Assembly (NCBI GenBank): GCA_963701095.1
Contig: OY969564.1
Coordinates: forward strand, 1,376,001-1,440,000
DNA from: an uncultured Methanoregulaceae archaeon
Lineage (GTDB): Archaea; Halobacteriota; Methanomicrobia; Methanomicrobiales; Methanospirillaceae
Reading direction: 5' to 3'
DNA length: 64,000 nt
The number at the start of each line of letters is the position of its first letter. Within the stretch, counting starts at the first letter, position 1. Shown here piece by piece: positions 20,653-29,930 of the stretch. The notes below the pieces were generated by a model that saw nothing but the letters and a program-made list of their open reading frames with translations, was not told the DNA's origin and searched no databases. The position numbers and the translations under genes were made by a program.

Positions 20653-22421
20653 TTCTTAGCCTCCCGTGATATTGCACCTGTCGGACAGATGCGAACACAG
20701 ACAGCACACCCGCTGCACAGCTCGGTGATCCTGGCTTTTTTATCGATGATCTCGATTGCGGGGCACCCGAACCGCACGCAGGTACCGCAACCGGTGCATG
20801 TCTCCGGGTTTACTGCGTAAAATCCCCGTTTAACCCCGGCACGGCGTGCTACGATCACACACATCTGCTTTGCAATAATTACCTTAACACCGGTTTTTTT
20901 CTTTGCCGCTTCAAGCCCACGGAGCATGCCGGTCAAATCGTAGGGATCGACCGTTTCAACAAAAGTTACCCCGCAGGAGCGACAGACTGCGTCAAGAGAA
21001 ACCGGTGTCGCCTCTATACCGGTTGCGGTAACCCCGGTGTTCGGATTTGGCTGGTGGCCGGTCATTGCCGTAATCCGGTTATCGAGAATAACTACGGTCA
21101 TATTTGCACCGTTGTATACCGCATTCATCAGCCCCTGAATACCGGTATGGAGGAACGTCGAATCGCCGATGGTACAGACTATATCCCGGGTCTCACCGGA
21201 ATGTGCGATGCCGCTGCCGACCGTAATCGAGGCGCCCATACAGATAGTTGTATCCACTGTGCCAAGTTGTAGACCCAGGGTGTAGCAGCCGATATCACTG
21301 GGATAAATTGCTGACTCGCCAAATACTTTTTTCATGGCGTAGAAGGCTGCACGGTGGTGACAGCCTGCGCAAAGGATCGGCGGGCGGGACGGGAGGTTCT
21401 GAACGGGATCCTTTGAGGAAAACGGGTTCTTTTCAAGAAACCCGGCTTTTGCCATAATAAGAGATACTACGGCCGGGGAAAGTTCTCCTTCATAAGGTGC
21501 GTATCCGTTGATCTTTCCAAATACCGGCACACATCCGGCAACCTGACGCACTGCCTCCTCAACAACGGGAGCGAGTTCTTCTATGACAAGGATCTTGTCA
21601 TGTTGCTGTACAAACTTTCCGAGCCATTCTTCGTCTACCGGGTACGCACCGATCTTCATAAACGAAACGCCAGGGGGCAGGAGTTCCTGCACATAGGACG
21701 CACCAATCCCGCTTGCGATAACAGCAGTTTTTCCTCGAACTGTATAGTGATTGAGACCTCGTTCCACGAGACGCTTTTTCAACGCATGTTGCTTTTCGTT
21801 AAGTTTTTTATGCAGGATCCGGGTATGGGCGGGGATTACGACATATTGCCGGGGGTCTTTGTGAAACTCACCTTTTTTTGTGTTCCTGGAAACCGGCCCG
21901 AGTTCAACATCACCTTTCGAGTGGCAGATCCGCGTCGTCGGACGGAAAAGGACGGGTAACCCGAACTCCTCGGAAATTTCAAACGCGGTTGCGATCATAT
22001 CATGCGCTTCCTGTACTCCGGATGGATCGAGACAGGGAAGCCGGGAGAAATGGGCATAGCACCGGGTGTCCTGTTCGTTCTGGGAGCTGTGTGCAAACGG
22101 GTCATCAGCACTCATGATCACAAATCCTCCGGTCACTCCTGTATAAGCGCTCGTCATAAGAGGGTCAGCGGCAACGTTGAGGCCGACATGCTTCATAGTG
22201 CAGATCGCCCGGATCCCGCACCATGCGGCAGCAAGTGCATTTTCGAGAGCGACTTTCTCGTTTACCGACCATTCTAGGTAATAGGCCGGATCTTTTTGTA
22301 CACGTAAGACATCGATAACTTCAGATGACGGGGTGCCAGGGTACCCACTCACAAAACCTACGCCCGTTTCAAGACATGCGTGGGCGATAGCTTCATTCCC
22401 GAGGAGATAGTGTCGTTCCAT
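20649..22421 (-). CDS. iorA: indolepyruvate:ferredoxin oxidoreductase alpha subunit
   Basis: LLGNEAIA, GYPGTPSSE, MKHVGLNVAAD, DIGCY, GDSTF, C-terminal 2x[4Fe-4S]. Confidence 0.96.
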   Translation of the reverse strand: MERHYLLGNEAIAHACLETGVGFVSGYPGTPSSEVIDVLRVQKDPAYYLEWSVNEKVALENALAAAWCGIRAICTMKHVGLNVAADPLMTSAYTGVTGGFVIMSADDPFAHSSQNEQDTRCYAHFSRLPCLDPSGVQEAHDMIATAFEISEEFGLPVLFRPTTRICHSKGDVELGPVSRNTKKGEFHKDPRQYVVIPAHTRILHKKLNEKQHALKKRLVERGLNHYTVRGKTAVIASGIGASYVQELLPPGVSFMKIGAYPVDEEWLGKFVQQHDKILVIEELAPVVEEAVRQVAGCVPVFGKINGYAPYEGELSPAVVSLIMAKAGFLEKNPFSSKDPVQNLPSRPPILCAGCHHRAAFYAMKKVFGESAIYPSDIGCYTLGLQLGTVDTTICMGASITVGSGIAHSGETRDIVCTIGDSTFLHTGIQGLMNAVYNGANMTVVILDNRITAMTGHQPNPNTGVTATGIEATPVSLDAVCRSCGVTFVETVDPYDLTGMLRGLEAAKKKTGVKVIIAKQMCVIVARRAGVKRGFYAVNPETCTGCGTCVRFGCPAIEIIDKKARITELCSGCAVCVRICPTGAISREAKK

Positions 22422-22551
22422 GATCCCAGATCCGTTCAGATACGTATTTTTTGACACCGAGCCCTATAGCATTATCCTGTCCGCCTTGCCATTCACAACC
22501 TATAAAAACTCTGATGGGATAACTAATAAGGTAAATTTCAGGCAATCCCTG

Positions 22552-22625
22552 GGGCCCGTAGCATAGCCCGGTGGTGCGCCCGGCTGATAACCGGGAGGTC
22601 ATGCGTTCGAATCGCATCGGGCCCA
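22552..22625 (+). tRNA. tRNA-Ile(GAT)
   Basis: Anticodon arm CCCGG-CTGATAA-CCGGG. Confidence 0.95.
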
Positions 22626-22722
22626 TATCCTTGTTTTGAAACGCAAGTCAATTTTAAAAAAAAATCGTTGTAAAAGAATAGATTTTCCTGCTGGTTTTAA
22701 CTGGAACGAGAAAGATTCCTTC

Positions 22723-23259
22723 TCATGATTTGTGCTTGGTGGCAAAAACAAACCCGATCACTTTTTCAAGGGCCGAAATGAGGTCTTCTTCCGATTTCAT
22801 GTAATCATGCATGCCCTGGTACAACATGAACATGACATCGTACCCGTACTCATCTATTGCTGATTTCGGATCTATGGGATTAAGATACGAATCTGTTATA
22901 AATCCGTCGGAACTGTACATGAGTTCAAAGAGTTTACCTTTTTCCGTAAGGACACAGAACTGGTCGGTGATTTTCTTTGCCGGGTCATCAGGACGGAAGA
23001 GGGCCGGTTCGGTTTTACCGAGGATGATCATCTTTTCTGTATAATAATTGGCATCGTACAGTTCGTTTTTGGTATCCTGCTTGCCGATCTTAAGAAGGTT
23101 GAGACCAACGGATTTTACCACCGGCTTTGCCATAGTGCCCATGCGGCCCAGCAGGTCACCATCATGGGATCGTATCTCTTCTGACAACCGGGCATCCGTC
23201 TTTTTCATTTCCTCAATCTTTTCTGTGATCTTCTTAAACCCGGCTTCTATTTCATCCAT
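22723..23259 (-). CDS. hypothetical protein with N-terminal coiled coil
   Basis: 178-aa ORF with SD GGTGA and protein-like composition. Confidence 0.75.
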   Translation of the reverse strand: MDEIEAGFKKITEKIEEMKKTDARLSEEIRSHDGDLLGRMGTMAKPVVKSVGLNLLKIGKQDTKNELYDANYYTEKMIILGKTEPALFRPDDPAKKITDQFCVLTEKGKLFELMYSSDGFITDSYLNPIDPKSAIDEYGYDVMFMLYQGMHDYMKSEEDLISALEKVIGFVFATKHKS

Positions 23260-23308
23260 ATCATATCACCATTTTTCTCATCCGACGTAAAACAAGTATA
23301 GTTTACGT

Positions 23309-24622
23309 TCAGCCTATAAAATCACTTGTTTCTTTTACGCATTGTATTCTTGGCAAAGCCTTGGAGACACAATCCCCGAGAAAGAAATATTTACGATCTT
23401 TTTTGAGGGAAATATCTACAGCAGTACCTACGGGAAGATCTTCTCTGATTACAACGCCTTGATAGGATGCGGTCCTCGCCACAACTGATCCCGGCTTAAG
23501 TTTCTCGGTGACAACACAGGAAACAATAGTACCGATAAGCAGATGGTTCACCGTTGTATATTGCTTTTCAGCAAACGTGTTGAGAATCCGGGAGCGGTCT
23601 TTTTTTATCGAGTCAGGAACATCTTTTTCCGTAAAAATTTCGGTAAACGGCCTCGCTGAATATCTCGTGATATTCACTTTAGAGGGTTTAATCCTCCCGA
23701 TGAGATCAAGGGTACGGGAAAAGTCGTCAGCGGTTTCACCGGGAAATCCGACAATGACATCGGTTGAGACGTTTATTCCCGGATACCTCCTGCGAAATGC
23801 TGAAATTATATCTTCGAAATCCTGAACTGTGTAACCCCGTCCCATTCGTTTGAGTATACGGTCTGAACCCGATTGTACCGGAAGGTGCAGAAAACGGAAA
23901 AGGTGTTCACTCTTAAACGCGTCAACGAGTTCGTCGAGGATGCCGATCACTGTCGCGGGGTTCATCATCCCGACGCGGATACGGTAATTTCCCTGCAGGG
24001 TACAGATGCCAGTAAGAAGATCGGGCAATATTTGTCCTTTATCCTGGCCCCATGCGCTGACATCCTGTGCAGTCAACTGGATTTCGAATGCGCCTGCATC
24101 AACAAACGCACTGATTTTTTTATGTATTTCCTCTTGGGGAAAACTCGTAAGCGGTCCCCGTGCCAGGCGTGTGATGCAGTACGTGCATCGCCCGAGGCAG
24201 CCCTTGGCAACCTGGACAATCCCCACACCTGCTGGGGCAACGGTCTGAACAGAAAGGTATGCCTCACGTATCTGGTCCGGAGTAATGACTTTTGGGGAAC
24301 AGACTGCAAAAATGGAATCGCGCTGAACAAGGGGCATGCAGCCGGTGACAAAAAGCAGTTTGTCCTGAAATGCAGAAAGCCGACGGAGCATCCGGCGTTC
24401 GGTAGGCGCGATCACCGTACATGTGTTAATAACAATCGCATCCGCCTCTTCGGGAGACCCAACGCAGGAGCTGCCGTATTTTCTGAGCACTTCTACGAGG
24501 TTTGCCGTATCCCCGAAATTATAACGGCACCCATAGGTTTCGATATACACCCTTTTTCTTGTGAGCGCAGCAAAAGGATCAGTTGTTTCGCCGCTGGGAT
24601 CTATGGATCGGACCTCTTCCAT
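23309..24622 (-). CDS. MiaB-like radical-SAM tRNA methylthiotransferase (MtaB type)
   Basis: ETYGC, INTCTV, GCLGRCTYC, HLPVQSGS, TRAM domain. Confidence 0.92.
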   Translation of the reverse strand: MEEVRSIDPSGETTDPFAALTRKRVYIETYGCRYNFGDTANLVEVLRKYGSSCVGSPEEADAIVINTCTVIAPTERRMLRRLSAFQDKLLFVTGCMPLVQRDSIFAVCSPKVITPDQIREAYLSVQTVAPAGVGIVQVAKGCLGRCTYCITRLARGPLTSFPQEEIHKKISAFVDAGAFEIQLTAQDVSAWGQDKGQILPDLLTGICTLQGNYRIRVGMMNPATVIGILDELVDAFKSEHLFRFLHLPVQSGSDRILKRMGRGYTVQDFEDIISAFRRRYPGINVSTDVIVGFPGETADDFSRTLDLIGRIKPSKVNITRYSARPFTEIFTEKDVPDSIKKDRSRILNTFAEKQYTTVNHLLIGTIVSCVVTEKLKPGSVVARTASYQGVVIREDLPVGTAVDISLKKDRKYFFLGDCVSKALPRIQCVKETSDFIG

Positions 24623-24743
24623 GTTCGTCTCCGGATCTTTTGGGTTAGGAGCAGTTAAAAGTCGTTTTTTGGATAAGGCCCTCTTTACTTTAGCGGCTTC
24701 CCTGAGGATAACCATTAATCCATGACACCCATACCTGTTTACC

Positions 24744-25502
24744 ATGTTACGGATAGGGCTGCTGGGCTGCGGTAACATCGGGCATATCATTGCCCGGCAC
24801 GCAGACGAATTTACCATCCCCGCAGTTTATGATACTATTCCCGAACGGGCCGGGGAAATCGCCGATATATGCAAGGGAGAGGCATTCCGGGATTTTGAAG
24901 CGTTCCTCGATGCTGAAACTGATATTGTTGTTGAAGCAGCATCTGTAGGTGCAGCGCGGGCGCATGCACAAGAGGTTCTGCTGCACAAGAAAAACCTCGT
25001 CATTATGAGTGTTGGGGCGCTCACCGATCCGTTATTCAAAGATGAACTCATATCTACCGCACGAAAAACGGGAACGAAGATCTATATCCCCAGTGGAGCA
25101 ATATTCGGGCTTGATAACCTGAAGATCGGCCAGATATCGCCGCTCACAAAATTACTTCTGAAAACAACTAAAAACCCGCAGTCCCTTGGCCTTTCAATAA
25201 CCAAACGGCAGCAGATCTTTTCCGGTAAGGCAAACGAGTGCATCAAGTCATATCCAAAAAACGTAAATGTCTCGGTTGCAATGGGGCTTGCAGCGGGTAG
25301 GGACGCGGACGTTGAACTCTGGGTGGATCCGGAAGCAGATAAAAACACTCACGAACTCTTTATTGAAGGTAGCTTTGGTGAGTCCTATATCCGGGTCACC
25401 AATGTCCCCAGTCCAGAGAACCCGGCTACGAGTTACCTTGCAGCATTATCGATCCTGTCGCTCCTAAAAAATATTGACAGCCCCCTTGTTATCGGTACAT
25501 GA
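24744..25502 (+). CDS. nadX: L-aspartate dehydrogenase
   Basis: GCGNIG, VEAAS, MSVGAL, PSGAI, NVNV, NPATSYLA. Confidence 0.93.
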   Translation: MLRIGLLGCGNIGHIIARHADEFTIPAVYDTIPERAGEIADICKGEAFRDFEAFLDAETDIVVEAASVGAARAHAQEVLLHKKNLVIMSVGALTDPLFKDELISTARKTGTKIYIPSGAIFGLDNLKIGQISPLTKLLLKTTKNPQSLGLSITKRQQIFSGKANECIKSYPKNVNVSVAMGLAAGRDADVELWVDPEADKNTHELFIEGSFGESYIRVTNVPSPENPATSYLAALSILSLLKNIDSPLVIGT

Positions 25503-26341
25503 GAGATGCTATGATTCCTCTGGAATACCTGTTGAAATTCATCGGTGAGGACGCCCCGTTTGGGGATATTACTTCAGAATCCATCGTCCCGGAGGTTTCC
25601 TGCCGGGCATTAATCAGGGCCGAGCAGGAGGGTATTGTTGCCGGTCTCCAGGAAGCTGGAGCCCTTTTTTCGCACTTTGGCGTAGAGGTAAGTCCTGCAA
25701 CCAGTGACGGAAAACAGGTAAAAGAAGGAGATGCTCTTCTCACGCTTTCAGGCCCGGCAAAAGAGATTCTCCTCGTAGAACGAACCGCACTCAACATTAT
25801 CGGCAGGATGAGCGGGATTGCAACTCTGACGAAAAGAATGATGGATCACGTAAAGAAAGAAAATCCAAAATGCAGGGTTGCAGCAACGCGTAAAACCTGC
25901 CCTGGACTACGGGTACTGGATAAAAAAGCAGTCGCTCTCGGAGGTGGTGATCCACATCGATTGGGGCTGAGTGATGGAATCCTCATCAAGGACAACCACC
26001 TTGTCCTGGTTCCACTTATTGAGGCGATCAGGAGCGCTAAAGCGAAAAATTCCTACCGGAGGATCGAGATCGAAGTGGAAACCGTCGAAGACGCTCTTAC
26101 TGCCGCACAAGAGGGAGCCGATATTATACTATGCGACAATATGACACCGGACCGTATCCGGAACACTATTATGCACCTGGAAAAAGCCGGACTCAGGGAT
26201 CGGGTAACTATCGAACTGTCGGGAGGGATCACAGCAGGTACAATCAGCGAATACGCTCGTACTGGCGCTGACCTTATCAGCCTTGGTGCACTCACTCACA
26301 CGGTTACGAATTTTTCGGTAACCCTCGAGATTTTGATATAA
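25499..26341 (+). CDS. nadC: quinolinate phosphoribosyltransferase
   Basis: EDAPFGDITS, TRKTCPG, HRLGLSDGILIKDNH, LCDN. Confidence 0.95.
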   Translation: MRDAMIPLEYLLKFIGEDAPFGDITSESIVPEVSCRALIRAEQEGIVAGLQEAGALFSHFGVEVSPATSDGKQVKEGDALLTLSGPAKEILLVERTALNIIGRMSGIATLTKRMMDHVKKENPKCRVAATRKTCPGLRVLDKKAVALGGGDPHRLGLSDGILIKDNHLVLVPLIEAIRSAKAKNSYRRIEIEVETVEDALTAAQEGADIILCDNMTPDRIRNTIMHLEKAGLRDRVTIELSGGITAGTISEYARTGADLISLGALTHTVTNFSVTLEILI

Positions 26342-26493
26342 TTTTTAGTAGTGATCTGGTACGGCATCCACTTCCAAACACAGAATCCGGCTTTTCCAAA
26401 GCATACTAAATCGACATAAGTCCTGTTTTCTCCACGTCCGGTAAACTTCAGAAAGCGGTTCGCTGCAACCCGTGGCATAACGTCCCGCGTCAT
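26296..26493 (-). CDS. putative small hypothetical protein
   Basis: SD GAGGT 6 nt before ATG; MTRDVMPRVAANRFLKFTGRGENRTYVDLVCFGKAGFCVWKWMPY. Fills an otherwise empty gap; 3' end overlaps nadC. Confidence 0.45.
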   Translation of the reverse strand: MTRDVMPRVAANRFLKFTGRGENRTYVDLVCFGKAGFCVWKWMPYQITTKNYIKISRVTEKFVTV

Positions 26494-26554
26494 GTTGAAA
26501 CCTCATTCCCGAAAATTTTGAATATTTAGTACTGTACAAACCAACAAGTTGATA

Positions 26555-26571
26555 TGTTAACACTGTTAACA
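26555..26571. promoter_or_regulatory. candidate operator TGTTAACA-C-TGTTAACA
   Basis: Perfect palindrome and direct repeat 8 nt before the HTH gene start. Confidence 0.6.
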
Positions 26572-26579
26572 TTTCAATC

Positions 26580-26825
26580 ATGTATCAGCAAACCTTACCC
26601 CCATCCTCAAGGACTGTACTAGAGATTCTCGGCAGTGGTGGTGCCATGACCCACAAAGATCTGGTCAAGAAAAGCCGGCTAGCCCCGCGAACCGTACGGT
26701 ATGCATTGAAAAAACTCAAAGAGCATCACCTCATCATCGAGAAGTTCAACTTCCGTGATGCCCGACAGATCATCTATCAGAACAGGCCAGTCATTGTTTC
26801 CGAATCACAACCCGTATTGGTATGA
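26580..26825 (+). CDS. small winged-HTH regulator
   Basis: LPPSSRTVL...LAPRTVRYALKKL...DARQIIY. Confidence 0.85.
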   Translation: MYQQTLPPSSRTVLEILGSGGAMTHKDLVKKSRLAPRTVRYALKKLKEHHLIIEKFNFRDARQIIYQNRPVIVSESQPVLV

Positions 26826-27130
26826 CGAAACACACCTGCACACTCATGCATTGCGACAGTATGGTGCGAAACCTTCTGCCGCCCATGAGAGCTGAAATGG
26901 TCTCCCGGCTTGTGAATAACCAGGGTCTCAGCCAGAGTGATGCAGCAAAAAGACTGGGTGTAACCCGCGCTGCGGTTTCCCAGTACCTGAGCAGGAAAAG
27001 AGGATACGGAGCAATTGAACTGTCCTCTGAACTTGACGCAATGATTGACCGCTGGGCGTTTGCCGTAGTCACCGGAGAAAGTGACATCAATCTCTGCGAT
27101 GTGTGCCAGTGTGCACTTAAAAAATTCTGA
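26822..27130 (+). CDS. XRE-type HTH regulator with Cys/His motifs (COG2522-like)
   Basis: LSQSDAAKRLGVTRAAVSQYLSRKRG; HCD and CDVCQC. Confidence 0.85.
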   Translation: MTKHTCTLMHCDSMVRNLLPPMRAEMVSRLVNNQGLSQSDAAKRLGVTRAAVSQYLSRKRGYGAIELSSELDAMIDRWAFAVVTGESDINLCDVCQCALKKF

Positions 27131-27361
27131 AAATTCACCAATTCCTGTCGATCGCCGGATTCTTTTTTATGAGACTTCCCACAATTCCGGGTGCTTTCTT
27201 CTGAAAATGCTTTATCTGAAAGATCCTGATCCGGAAAAATTGAGTGTCTGGCAGGGACAGCGTTGATTTAAAAATACTACCCACTGACGGCGACGAAACA
27301 AAAGCGACATAATAGGACGGACAGCATTTTTCTTTTATCAGAGATATAGAATTGTTAGGAA

Positions 27362-27994
27362 ATGAGAAGATCGCCGGGCTTCGGACAGAATAAGGATCAA
27401 GAACCGTTTACAGTCGTGAAACTGGGAGGCAGTCTTGCATCCCACAGTTCTGAGATTATACCGCTACTTCAATCAGCCAATCGCCCTCTCCTGATCGTCC
27501 CCGGGGGAGGAATGTTTGCCGACTTTGTTCGGCGACTGGATTCCACAATATCCGCGGACATGGCGCATTGGATGGCATGTGCTGCTATGGACCAGTACGG
27601 ATGGATGCTTGCCAGTCAGGGCATGAAAACAACATCGAGACTTGAACGCCCGAAAAAACCGCGTATCCTTCTTCCCTACTGCTCCTTGCGCCGGTACGAT
27701 CCCCTCCCTCATTCATGGGATGTCACTTCCGATACCATCGCTGCCTGGGTAGCCGGCAAACTTGGTGGCGATCTGCTCGTGCTCAAATCCGTTGATGGTA
27801 TCACAAAGGAAGGGGAACTTATGACCCGGATAGAAAAAAACGTCACTACTGATGTTCTTGATCCTTGTTTTGTTCCCTATGTCCTCAGACACCGGATACG
27901 GACCTTTATCCTCAACGGTACAGAACCAGCCGGAATCAGTTCCTGGCTTGAAGGACAGAGTGTTCGCGGCACCGTCATTGGTACAACCTTTTAA
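27362..27994 (+). CDS. amino-acid kinase family protein (MfnE-like, methanofuran biosynthesis candidate)
   Basis: VVKLGGSL, VPGGGMFAD, LPHSWDVTSDTIAAW, KSVDG. Confidence 0.8.
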   Translation: MRRSPGFGQNKDQEPFTVVKLGGSLASHSSEIIPLLQSANRPLLIVPGGGMFADFVRRLDSTISADMAHWMACAAMDQYGWMLASQGMKTTSRLERPKKPRILLPYCSLRRYDPLPHSWDVTSDTIAAWVAGKLGGDLLVLKSVDGITKEGELMTRIEKNVTTDVLDPCFVPYVLRHRIRTFILNGTEPAGISSWLEGQSVRGTVIGTTF

Positions 27995-28039
27995 AGGTAC
28001 TAAAAGAGATACTATAGGAATCCTTAAAGGAGCAAGACA

Positions 28040-28201
28040 ATGTCAGATAAAAAATGTACTTCCTGCAGCGCTCCGCTTGCAGAAGAGGGCTCAACAGTCT
28101 TTGCGTGTCCCATGTGTGGTGTCGAGATCACCCGGTGCTACCGGTGCAGGGAACAGAGTATTCCTTACGCATGCCCTAAATGTGGATTTGGGGGACCGTA
28201 A
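28040..28201 (+). CDS. small Zn-ribbon protein (DUF1610/HVO_2753-like), absent from the ORF track
   Basis: MSDKKCTSCSAPLAEEGSTVFACPMCGVEITRCYRCREQSIPYACPKCGFGGP, directly upstream of EF-1beta as is usual in archaea. Confidence 0.9.
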   Translation: MSDKKCTSCSAPLAEEGSTVFACPMCGVEITRCYRCREQSIPYACPKCGFGGP

Positions 28202-28204
28202 TAC

Positions 28205-28462
28205 ATGGGAAGTGTTGCTGTAATTGTCAGGGTTATGCCGGATTCGCCGGAAGTCGACCTTGTAAAACTTAAAAGCATGCTCAAAGAAAAACTGCCCGGA
28301 ATTCAGGATATCCAGGAAGAGCCCATCGGTTTTGGCCTTAAGGCTCTGAAGCTCGTAGCCGTTATCAATGATGCTGGCGGCGAGACGGATGCTATTGAAG
28401 GTAAACTGAATGCGGTCCCCGGTGTTGAGCGGGCAGAGATTGTTGAAGTTACGTTAATGTAG
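28205..28462 (+). CDS. ef1b: translation elongation factor 1-beta
   Basis: VMPDSPEVDL, EEPIGFGLKAL. Confidence 0.95.
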   Translation: MGSVAVIVRVMPDSPEVDLVKLKSMLKEKLPGIQDIQEEPIGFGLKALKLVAVINDAGGETDAIEGKLNAVPGVERAEIVEVTLM

Positions 28463-28523
28463 AACAGGGATTTTCAATCCTTATCCCGGCTTTTTTCATT
28501 CGCCGATATTTTCGGAAAGGGTA

Positions 28524-29519
28524 TTAACTGTTGAATTTCTTTGGCTTTTTGGGAGCTGCCACAAGATCTTTTTCGTTTTCTAGTTGTCCGATAATCTGGT
28601 GGATGGTTGCGCGTATCTTCTCAACAGATTCCCGGTATGCAATAACTTCAGATTCGTCTATTCTGATGGTTACCGGGAATGCCCCGTTCCTGTTTATCCG
28701 GGCCGGTACGCCGATGCATACCCCGCCGATCCCGTGAACTTCACTTTTCACGTACGACGAAACGGTCAGGATCCGGTTATCATCACCAAGGACGGTTTTT
28801 ACGAGTGTCGCGATCGCTTCGCCGGGACCGTAGACTGTGGATCCTTTGTTTTTGATGATCTGCTCTCCGCTTGATTTCACGGATTTGATGAAATCCTCTA
28901 CTGGCAGGTGTGCGAATGCCGGCAGGTTGGAGATCTTGATCCCCCCTATAGTCGTCGCCGACCAGAGCGGTACCATGGATTCCCCATGTTCACCTATAAT
29001 ACGGGTGTGTACTTCGCTGACGTGCACTTTGAAATAGGTCGCAATCAACGATTTTAATCGCATCGAGTCAAGGTGCGTTCCAAGGCCAAAGACCTGGTTT
29101 GGCTTGAGACCTGAATATTTGAGGGCGACACAGGTCATTACATCGACGGGATTGGTCACCATGATGATCTTAGTATCAGGTGCAACGGCTCCTATCGTCC
29201 GTGCAATCGGTGCAATGATCCGCGCATTCCCAAGCGCCAGATCAAGACGATCCTGGCCTGGTCCGCGGGGTGTACCTGCAGTAATGACGACGACATCCGA
29301 GCCGGCAGCATCCTTAAGGCTGGTTGTCCAGGTGACCTTGATATTTGTTCCCCGGGCAGCGAAGGAATCGGCAAAATCCTGTGCAAGTCCTTTTAAAAAA
29401 GCTTCACGCCCTTCACGACCATACAGCTGGATCTCATGGACGTGCGGATCAACGGAAATTGCATAGGCAGCAAACATGCCGACATTGCCGGTTGCACCGA
29501 TAATGGTGACTTTTGACAT
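28524..29519 (-). CDS. mdh: malate/lactate dehydrogenase family
   Basis: IIGATGNVG, TAGTPR, VTNPVD, LDSMR, GEHGESM. Confidence 0.9.
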   Translation of the reverse strand: MSKVTIIGATGNVGMFAAYAISVDPHVHEIQLYGREGREAFLKGLAQDFADSFAARGTNIKVTWTTSLKDAAGSDVVVITAGTPRGPGQDRLDLALGNARIIAPIARTIGAVAPDTKIIMVTNPVDVMTCVALKYSGLKPNQVFGLGTHLDSMRLKSLIATYFKVHVSEVHTRIIGEHGESMVPLWSATTIGGIKISNLPAFAHLPVEDFIKSVKSSGEQIIKNKGSTVYGPGEAIATLVKTVLGDDNRILTVSSYVKSEVHGIGGVCIGVPARINRNGAFPVTIRIDESEVIAYRESVEKIRATIHQIIGQLENEKDLVAAPKKPKKFNS

Positions 29520-29534
29520 GGTATCACGAGAAAC

Positions 29535-29841
29535 GGGGACATGTTATCGGTCGACTGTACGTTACTCCTTTCACCAGCGTACTCATCCTCCGCCCCGTTA
29601 CCCCATGGGCGCCGTATGTCTGCGGTAAGTCTGCTCCCTTCCGGGCCTGAACCGGTTCCCGCAGTGACAGGTCGCCATTCCCTCCGGAACTTTGATACCT
29701 GGCCATCGACCTCATGGGACGAGGTTTCAACGTCAGAATACACAGGCTCCAGCAGATCGTTGCAGCCTTCTTCAAACTTCGCCCCCCGCGTACCGACGGT
29801 TTCGGGTTACAAGTGACGCCGAGCCACCCGGGCTAGTCCCC
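29535..29841 (-). ncRNA. archaeal SRP (7S) RNA
   Basis: Pairing ends GGGGAC/GTCCCC, Alu-domain TGTAA motif, helix 8 TCAGGCCCGGAAGGGAGCAG; ~307 nt. Confidence 0.92.
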
Positions 29842-29930
29842 ATATATCATGATCTGCCGGTCAATAAATCCTTGTTATATTTGGACTGCTCCCCTACGTC
29901 GCTGCTCGGAAGGTCATATTCAGCGCACAG

